Source: a virus (taxonomy: Duplodnaviria > Heunggongvirae > Uroviricota > Caudoviricetes). From it: a stretch of 64,000 bases of DNA. A program made the translations under genes and the position numbers. Shown piece after piece: positions 57,714 to 64,000 of this stretch. The DNA lies in the IMG/VR virus record IMGVR_UViG_3300047560_002175, positions 64,001 to 128,000 of that record; one strand, written 5' to 3'. How positions within the stretch are numbered: the stretch's first letter is position 1; each line of letters begins with the position of its first letter. A model generated the notes under the pieces. The model had not been told where the DNA came from. It did no database searches and was given only the letters and a program-made list of their open reading frames with translations.

Positions 57714-58928
57714 TCACTGATTATAAAGTAAAGTTAGACTAAAATTAGTACCTGCTCCTGCCACTACGCTAACCGTAAGTCGATCATTTGTATTGATACC
57801 AATTTGTAAACCAGTGTACATTGCTGTAATATTTGGTGCGTCAATTTGAAAAAATTGAACTAAGTCACCGCTTTTATATAATCCAACCATTATTTGTGAG
57901 GTTGTCATATTACCAACTGTTAGCTGTACAGATGTTATTAGTGAAGTAGCAACTGGAACAAAAATTGCACTTCCTAAAAGTGGTGCATGGAATTCTCCTA
58001 ATATATTAAATGTTTTAATTATAACAGGTGGGACATTATTTAAATCTTCGTAACTACCAGTTTTTGCTACAGTTGATAATCCTAAATTTGTAAATGCATT
58101 TAATTTTTCAGTATCTGACAGATTTTGATTATTAACATCATATCTTATTGATGCAGTTACAAATTCAGTATATTCTAATCCATCTGCAGTAGAATTAACT
58201 CTTAAAACATTACCAGCTGCCCCGATTGGTAATGTAGTCATCTCATTATTAAGAGAACCAATTAGTATATCATTGGGATTAATAGATGAAAGACCAGTAC
58301 CACCGTATTGTGGAGTTATAACAGTACCATTCCACTCACCGGTAGTAATTGTTCCTAATGTAGTGATACTTGTTTGACCAACGTATGTGCTATCGATATC
58401 AATATTGGTAGTTGATACTACAATTCGTCCATCAGTTCCTGCTTGTATTATCCCAGGAGGTCCTTGTTCACCTGTTGCACCGGTTGCACCAGTTGGTCCT
58501 TGTACACCAGGTACACCTTGTGGACCAGTATCACCTGTATCACCTTTAGGTCCTTGTAATCCGGTTTCTCCTTGTGGTCCAGTTAAACCAATAGGACCTT
58601 GATCACCAGTATCTCCCTTAGGTCCCTGTAAACCAGTTTCTCCTTGTGGTCCAGCAGGTCCAGTTTCACCTGTATCACCCTTAGGTCCTTGTAATCCAGT
58701 TTCACCTTGTGGTCCAGCAGGTCCAGTTTCACCTTGTGGACCAGTTGCACCCGGAATACCTTGTCCACCTGTTGAATATGGTAAATCATTCCATCGATGA
58801 ATTCCATCACCAATCTTAAATTTACCACCTTGATCTAATTCAATTGCTAATTCACCTTCAGCAAGAAGTGGATTATAATAAGTCCAGTCTGCCGCGAGTC
58901 CTCGCCGTAGTTGTAGCTGATTAGCCAT
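57714..58928 (-). CDS. collagen-like tail fibre protein (Mtd-type N-terminus)
   Basis: [21 protein letters not shown]; Gly-X-Y run GPQGETG. Confidence 0.8.
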   Translation of the reverse strand: MANQLQLRRGLAADWTYYNPLLAEGELAIELDQGGKFKIGDGIHRWNDLPYSTGGQGIPGATGPQGETGPAGPQGETGLQGPKGDTGETGPAGPQGETGLQGPKGDTGDQGPIGLTGPQGETGLQGPKGDTGDTGPQGVPGVQGPTGATGATGEQGPPGIIQAGTDGRIVVSTTNIDIDSTYVGQTSITTLGTITTGEWNGTVITPQYGGTGLSSINPNDILIGSLNNEMTTLPIGAAGNVLRVNSTADGLEYTEFVTASIRYDVNNQNLSDTEKLNAFTNLGLSTVAKTGSYEDLNNVPPVIIKTFNILGEFHAPLLGSAIFVPVATSLITSVQLTVGNMTTSQIMVGLYKSGDLVQFFQIDAPNITAMYTGLQIGINTNDRLTVSVVAGAGTNFSLTLLYNQ

Positions 58929-60975
58929 TTATTCCTCCAAAATCAAAGGTTACTAATCCGCCGTATACTGAATTAGGTCCACCTCCGTCTATCATAAATT
59001 GTGATAAATCACCTTTAGGTCCTTGTGGTCCAATCGGACCAATATCACCTGTGTCGCCTTTAGGTCCTTGCGGTCCTACAGCTCCGTCTATTCCTTGTCT
59101 TCCGTCAACACCGGCAGGTCCTTGTTCTCCCTGAGGTCCTTGTGGACCAATTGGTCCAGTTTCACCTTGAATTCCTTGAATTCCTTGTGGACCAGTTTCG
59201 CCTTGAATTCCTTGAATTCCTTGTGGACCTTGATCTCCGGTATCGCCTTTAGGTCCCTGTATGCCTTGAATCCCTTGTGGACCAGTTAAACCAATTTCTC
59301 CTTTAAGACCTTGTTCGCCTTGTGGTCCTTGTGGCCCAATCGGTCCAGTTAAACCAGTTAAACCACGTGGTCCTTGTTCTCCCTGAAGGCCTTGAGGTCC
59401 TTGGTCGCCTTGTGGACCAATTAATCCTGCAGGTCCTTGTGGTCCTTGTGGCCCAGTTAAACCATCTGCTCCCTGTGGTCCTTGTGGTCCAACAGCACCA
59501 GTTAAACCAGTAGCGCCAGTTAGTCCGCGTTCTCCCTGAAGTCCCTGCGGACCTTGCGGTCCTTGTGGACCAGTTAAACCAGTAGCACCTGTTGCACCAG
59601 TTAACCCCTGTGGTCCTTGAGCACCTTGTTCGCCTTGAGGACCAGTAGCACCAGTTAAACCACGTAGACCTTGCGGTCCTGTTGGTCCAATTTCTCCTTG
59701 TGGTCCTTGTATACCTTGAGCACCAGTTAATCCAGTTAAACCACGTTCCCCTTGTATACCTTGATCGCCTTGTGGTCCTTGTGGTCCAACAGCACCAGTA
59801 GCACCGGTAGCACCAGTTAGGCCACGCTCTCCTTGTATACCTTGCGGTCCTTGTGGTCCAACAGGACCAGTTGCGCCAGTTGCTCCTGTAGCGCCAGTTG
59901 CACCTGGTAATCCGTCTGCACCTGCAGGGCCTTGTGGTCCAACTGCGCCAGTAGCACCAGTTAAACCAGTTAGTCCGCGTTCGCCTTGTAATCCCTGCGG
60001 TCCTTGTTCGCCTTGTGGTCCGGCAGCACCAGTTAAACCAGTTAGTCCGCGTTCTCCCTGCGGTCCTTGTGGTCCAATTGGTCCTTGTTCACCAGTAGCA
60101 CCAGTTAAGCCGCGCGGTCCAGTCGGTCCTGCCGGTCCGGTATCGCCTTGTATACCTTGTGGACCAGTTGCGCCAGTAGCACCAGTTAAACCAGTAGCGC
60201 CAGTTAACCCCTGTGGTCCTTGTAATCCCTGTGGTCCTTGTGGGCCAACAGCACCAGTTGCACCAGTAGCGCCAGTAGCGCCTGGTAATCCGTCTGCACC
60301 TGCAGGTCCTTGTGGTCCAGTTGGTCCAGTTAAGCCAGTTAACCCACGTGGTCCTTGATCACCGGTATCACCTTTAGGTCCAGTTGGTCCAGTTAAACCA
60401 GTAGCACCAGTAGCACCAGTTAGTCCTCGTTCCCCTTGTATACCTTGAGGTCCGTCAGGTCCAGTTGGTCCGGTTAAACCAGTTAAACCACGTGGTCCTT
60501 GATCGCCTTGAGGTCCTTGTGGACCAGTTAAGCCTTGAGGTCCTTGTGGTCCAGCTGGGCCAGCTGGCCCTTGTGGTCCTGTAGTATATTCGACGCTAAT
60601 AGTTCCGTCTGCGCTAACAGTAATACCAGAACCAATTTTAACACCGCCGAGGATAGATGAAGTAGCAATAGGTGTAGCAGATGCAGATCGCCATGTATTT
60701 GCATATCGGATATTTAGATTGCCAGTTGTGGTATTCCACCACAAAGTACCTGGATCTAAAGAAGATGGAGGAGTGCTTGAAACGTAGATTGTTGCGTTGC
60801 CGGAACCCCCTCCACCTCCAGATCCTCCAAAGGTGAGTGGAATACCGCCAAGCGTTATACCGTCAGATAATCGTAAATCGCCGACATCTTCGTTATAAAA
60901 TATAATACCTTTTTCGCCGACAAAGTCGTCGGCATCAATTTTAACACGTCCTGATCTAATCTTTTGAGTGGTCAT
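58921..60975 (-). CDS. long collagen-like fibre protein
   Basis: roughly 170-175 uninterrupted Gly-X-Y triplets ([12 protein letters not shown]). Confidence 0.88.
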   Translation of the reverse strand: MTTQKIRSGRVKIDADDFVGEKGIIFYNEDVGDLRLSDGITLGGIPLTFGGSGGGGGSGNATIYVSSTPPSSLDPGTLWWNTTTGNLNIRYANTWRSASATPIATSSILGGVKIGSGITVSADGTISVEYTTGPQGPAGPAGPQGPQGLTGPQGPQGDQGPRGLTGLTGPTGPDGPQGIQGERGLTGATGATGLTGPTGPKGDTGDQGPRGLTGLTGPTGPQGPAGADGLPGATGATGATGAVGPQGPQGLQGPQGLTGATGLTGATGATGPQGIQGDTGPAGPTGPRGLTGATGEQGPIGPQGPQGERGLTGLTGAAGPQGEQGPQGLQGERGLTGLTGATGAVGPQGPAGADGLPGATGATGATGATGPVGPQGPQGIQGERGLTGATGATGAVGPQGPQGDQGIQGERGLTGLTGAQGIQGPQGEIGPTGPQGLRGLTGATGPQGEQGAQGPQGLTGATGATGLTGPQGPQGPQGLQGERGLTGATGLTGAVGPQGPQGADGLTGPQGPQGPAGLIGPQGDQGPQGLQGEQGPRGLTGLTGPIGPQGPQGEQGLKGEIGLTGPQGIQGIQGPKGDTGDQGPQGIQGIQGETGPQGIQGIQGETGPIGPQGPQGEQGPAGVDGRQGIDGAVGPQGPKGDTGDIGPIGPQGPKGDLSQFMIDGGGPNSVYGGLVTFDFGGING
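59020..60580. repeat. collagen-coding degenerate 9-mer tandem repeats
   Basis: ccttgtggt / accagttaa / accagtagc units on the plus strand. Confidence 0.85.
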
Positions 60976-61025
60976 ACATGTATTTATTGTAGATTATCAA
61001 AAGATTAAGCAGGGTGTATAAGTAA

Positions 61026-61259
61026 CTAGCGACGTCGTTTAGCTAGAATCGCTTCTTTTTCTAATTTTTTACGGTAACGTGCTTTTGCAGCGCCTGCTTC
61101 ACGTTTACGCTTTGTAGTGGGTTTTTCGTAGAATTCTTTCTTACGTAGAGTTTCTAATTTATTTGAATCTTCAACTTTGCGTTTAAATCTACGCAATGCT
61201 TGTGTAATATTTTCATTTTCTCTTACTGAAACTTTAACTTTATTCTGCAGTGTTATCAT
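61026..61259 (-). CDS. rpsU: ribosomal protein bS21
   Basis: [35 protein letters not shown]; GAGG SD before the ATG at 61259. Confidence 0.92.
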   Translation of the reverse strand: MITLQNKVKVSVRENENITQALRRFKRKVEDSNKLETLRKKEFYEKPTTKRKREAGAAKARYRKKLEKEAILAKRRR

Positions 61260-61647
61260 TATCTTCCTCATTGTTAATTTGATCAACTATCCAATCTAAA
61301 TCAAAAATTCTATTTTTAGAAATTAAATTGTATGGTGTTAGTTCGTCGTTAGTTATATAATATGATTCTGGGTGTGTTAGCATAAAACTAATAAACAGTT
61401 TAGTAGTTGGATCACAATTATCAACATCAATAATTATTACAGCTACTTGATGCATTACACTCAATAACCATTCAATATCTGGTTCGTCAGTATCGTAAAT
61501 GAAGACATTCATGTCTTCATCAGATTGACTAATAATAGTTTGAAAATTTTCTAAAACATTATTTGATGGACGTACTAATAAATAACCAACATCTAAATTA
61601 AAAAATTTATCTGGAGGAGTTATAACTGTAACTTTTCCTAAATTCAT
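61240..61647 (-). CDS. hypothetical phage protein
   Basis: 135-aa [11 protein letters not shown] start. Confidence 0.6.
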   Translation of the reverse strand: MNLGKVTVITPPDKFFNLDVGYLLVRPSNNVLENFQTIISQSDEDMNVFIYDTDEPDIEWLLSVMHQVAVIIIDVDNCDPTTKLFISFMLTHPESYYITNDELTPYNLISKNRIFDLDWIVDQINNEEDNDNTAE

Positions 61648-61655
61648 GTGACCTT

Positions 61656-62183
61656 CTATGTAGTGATTAGTTTTGTTTTGTATTTAGTGTAAAAACCTTT
61701 CACTGTTAAAGAAACCTTTTGAACACCGGTAATTCCAATTCTTTTAGCAGCTTCTTTTGAAAGATCAATGATTCTGCCTTTTAAAAATGGTCCGCGGTCA
61801 TTGATTCTAACTAGTACTGATTTATGATTTACATCATTAGTTACTTCAACAACTGTGCCAAATGGTAATGTCTTATGTGCTGCAGTTAGTTCTTTTGGAC
61901 TAAAATATTCTCCGTTTGCAGTTTTTGGTCTGCGACGATATCTTGGTCCTGATTCATAACCATACCAGCTTGCATAACCATTCATGCTATCTCCAGATGC
62001 TAACGGATTTCTGTGTTTATGTTTTCTGTGTTTTTTGAATAATGCAATTTTATGTTTCATTTTTGCATTGTGTTTAACTTGTTCGACATGTTTTTCGTTG
62101 ACATGTTTTTGTGACGCATCTACTGGAAATGCGGTTGAAATTAATGAGAGGGCAAGAAGCCCTATTGGTAGTGAATTTTTCAT
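61656..62183 (-). CDS. rlpA: RlpA-family lytic transglycosylase (DPBB)
   Basis: start 62183 with signal peptide; [38 protein letters not shown]. Confidence 0.9.
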   Translation of the reverse strand: MKNSLPIGLLALSLISTAFPVDASQKHVNEKHVEQVKHNAKMKHKIALFKKHRKHKHRNPLASGDSMNGYASWYGYESGPRYRRRPKTANGEYFSPKELTAAHKTLPFGTVVEVTNDVNHKSVLVRINDRGPFLKGRIIDLSKEAAKRIGITGVQKVSLTVKGFYTKYKTKLITT

Positions 62184-62500
62184 ATTTTCTCCTTTCACTT
62201 GGTGTGCTCTGTCACAGCCGCACATTACATTAAGGGAGTAAACTGCACGAGGTTCTTCGAACCCATTTGTTCGTGACGTCTTCTCCATCAGCCACAACAT
62301 TAAAACTGCAAATGTTGTACCTTTGGCAAGCCTGGCTTCCCGAATTTCGCGGGTTTCTACTTTGGCCAAGACTCGCAGGATTGATTACATCTCTCAATCC
62401 AACTATCTTAGTTTCTCTCGAAACATATAATATATAGTATAAATTGATAAAATACAATTTAAAATATGGTTTTTTATCTAATTAACTTATACTTTTACAT

Positions 62501-62529
62501 ATTATACATAAAAATTGCTAAGTTGTCAA
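62501..62529 (-). promoter_or_regulatory. sigma70-like promoter giving rlpA a ~300-nt leader
   Basis: TTGACA-N17-TATAAT. Confidence 0.65.
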
Positions 62530-62566
62530 GTGAAAACTACTAAATATAAGATAATAGGAGTTTTTA

Positions 62567-63469
62567 ATGAAAATACATGAATTAATGGAAGCACGTTTGC
62601 AAGATTCACTCCCTCATCTTCTTACAAGCGTAGCATCTTTAGAAAAACTATATACAATTACCATGCCAGGCATTCTTGCTGATTTTACAAGAAAAATGCG
62701 TGATACTGGTGCTGCTACTGATAGTTTTGGTCGTGGTATGGAAAATAGAGATATTAGAACTGTTACGATGCAACTTGGTGCTGCAAAATCAAAATGGTTT
62801 ACTGAAAATTATTTTTCATATTCTAAGAGTAGAAGAGAGTTATCAGGGACTGGGCTAAAAACTGCATTAGTGGAATTATCAAAATTACCTGAATTACAAA
62901 GCATTCCTGCTATAAAAACATTAGCACATTTAGATGTTAACATAAATCCAAATAATAAATCTAAAGAAGCTGACATTATGTCATATGGTGAGTTAATGGG
63001 TGAGATTGAATTAGAGTTACCAGAAATTTTAGAAAAAATTGGTAAAATTATTGGAAATCCGGATTTAACTGCTAGAGGAACAAGGTTAGATACTACTATC
63101 GGATCTTGGTATAAAAAGAAAGATGCTACTGTTCCAAAAGTTCATCAGGATGCAGACAAAATAGTAAAACGTGGTGATGCATATCATACTCATCGTAAAG
63201 ATAGTAATTTAGGTAAAGGTGACATCATGTCGCCAGCTGAAAAACCTGGCAAATCTGGCAATCATAGTCAAAATATGAGTGCTGCTCAACAAGCAATTAA
63301 TCAAGGTTTTGAATTACTTAAAAAGCATGGTATTAGAGATCATGAATTACATGCAATTAGACAAAAAGTTCAAAAAAGTGATAATCAACTAATGGCCTTA
63401 CTGCAAGTATTTCAAGAGTTTGGAATCAACCCAAATGCGTTAATGGAAGCTTGGTTAAGAACTTATTAA
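62567..63469 (+). CDS. hypothetical protein with MKIxEL N-terminus
   Basis: MKIHELME; TAAATA and GGAG upstream. Confidence 0.65.
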   Translation: MKIHELMEARLQDSLPHLLTSVASLEKLYTITMPGILADFTRKMRDTGAATDSFGRGMENRDIRTVTMQLGAAKSKWFTENYFSYSKSRRELSGTGLKTALVELSKLPELQSIPAIKTLAHLDVNINPNNKSKEADIMSYGELMGEIELELPEILEKIGKIIGNPDLTARGTRLDTTIGSWYKKKDATVPKVHQDADKIVKRGDAYHTHRKDSNLGKGDIMSPAEKPGKSGNHSQNMSAAQQAINQGFELLKKHGIRDHELHAIRQKVQKSDNQLMALLQVFQEFGINPNALMEAWLRTY

Positions 63470-63497
63470 GAAAAAAGGGCTAATTAGCCCTTTTTTT
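63470..63497. terminator. bidirectional intrinsic terminator
   Basis: AAAAAAGGGCTA-AT-TAGCCCTTTTTTT. Confidence 0.8.
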
Positions 63498-63570
63498 AAC
63501 GATTACAAATATACATAGTGACTTCAAAGCCAAACCGTATATCATTATAACTTGGTGTTTCCCATTTCAT
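63496..63570 (-). CDS. pqqA: coenzyme PQQ precursor peptide PqqA (24 aa, not in the ORF track)
   Basis: MKWETPSYNDIRFGFEVTMYICNR*, with the E-x-x-x-Y core and C-terminal NR; SD AAGGAG upstream. Confidence 0.92.
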   Translation of the reverse strand: MKWETPSYNDIRFGFEVTMYICNR

Positions 63571-63583
63571 AACTTAATCTCCT

Positions 63584-63850
63584 TTATCCGCCTGCAAATA
63601 CGTTACCTGAACCGGTTGCAGGATGTGCGCATGATGCTTTATCACCCTCGCGACATACTCCAATATTGTTAGCAAACACTGTTCCGCTATGGTCAACCAT
63701 TACAGGTGACGCATGTGGTGCATCACCGTGACCTTGAATGTGAGCACCTTGTACTGTAATAGGTTTGTTATTAACAAATACAGTAGGTGCTAACGCTTCA
63801 ATGATTGTGCCACCTGCGGTATCTTGATTTACTCTCGAAACCCCAGGCAT
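63584..63850 (-). CDS. PAAR-domain spike tip protein (gp5.4-like)
   Basis: TVFVNNKPI, HGDAPH, VFANNIGVCREGDKASCAH. Confidence 0.9.
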   Translation of the reverse strand: MPGVSRVNQDTAGGTIIEALAPTVFVNNKPITVQGAHIQGHGDAPHASPVMVDHSGTVFANNIGVCREGDKASCAHPATGSGNVFAGG

Positions 63851-63999
63851 TAGGTTATAATACCAGTTGTTGCTTTAGTATAAGAACTTGCTGATTCTTT
63901 TTCAGTTGGTTCCATTACTACTACAGTAGATGCAGCAATTTTAACTACTTTATCAGGATCAACTGTAAACAAGTATGGTGCCATTCCAATACCTGATTG
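63850..63999 (-). CDS. 3' end of a hypothetical gene running off the window
   Basis: frame ..GIGMAPYLFTVDPD..YTKATTGIIT*, coupled to the PAAR gene by TAATG. Confidence 0.5.
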   Translation of the reverse strand, partial: QSGIGMAPYLFTVDPDKVVKIAASTVVVMEPTEKESASSYTKATTGIIT

Positions 64000-64000
64000 T

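Noticed and set aside
44305-60580. Many 60-130 aa plus-strand and alternative-frame ORFs within the structural genes
   Set aside because: Shadow frames produced by codon bias and collagen repeats
62184-62369. N-terminal extension of RlpA (and similar extensions of the cyclase, curlin, heme oxygenase, GT25, bS21 and kinase ORFs)
   Set aside because: Downstream ATGs have SDs, signal peptides or coupled stops and match family N-termini, so starts were trimmed
62290-62380. c-di-GMP-I riboswitch in the rlpA leader
   Set aside because: Only a GAAA-capped stem resembles it; the GGCAAA/GACGCAAAG core is missing

Overview
AT-rich, almost entirely minus-strand 64 kb segment of a large tailed (jumbo, T4-like/myovirus-type) bacteriophage genome. 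It is not cellular DNA: there is a PAAR spike gene, baseplate/tail-fibre and collagen-like virion proteins, T4-like late promoters (TAAATA) and a GIY-YIG homing endonuclease. Layout: (1) 0.6-6.8 kb, an RNA-gene island with 11 tRNAs, Pth2 and a GlyRS-like core. (2) 6.8-17 kb, accessory genes: GroES, HAD phosphatase, RNA ligase, FeoA, macrodomain, NAMPT, NMNAT-Nudix, a kinase-like protein and a two-piece permuted tmRNA. (3) 17-25 kb, a CsgF-CsgG-curlin-FecR-curlin-CHASE2 adenylate cyclase operon, an orphan HicA and a homing endonuclease. (4) 25-37 kb, RimK, bilin reductase plus heme oxygenase, ClpS, Hsp20, DnaK, an exonuclease, an Rnl1-like ligase and GT25. (5) 37-61 kb, tail/virion structural genes including a 3437-aa repeat protein. 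(6) 61-64 kb, bS21, RlpA, PAAR and an unannotated 24-aa PqqA. The most striking signals are non-coding and absent from the ORF track. A ~300-nt RNA carries the 23S rRNA L11-binding/GTPase-associated centre (H43-H44), with compensatory base changes, split by a 239-nt insertion. A ten-member family of ACAGCA-box stem RNAs sits among the tRNAs, and four of them enclose circularly permuted tRNA domains (Y RNA/YrlA-like). Together with the tmRNA, Pth2, bS21, RimK and two RNA ligases, these suggest an RNA-mimic/ribosome-rescue arsenal (inference). PqqA hints at a PQQ-using, possibly methylotrophic or methanotrophic, proteobacterial host (inference). All calls come from reading motifs by eye; no database searches or folding programs were run.
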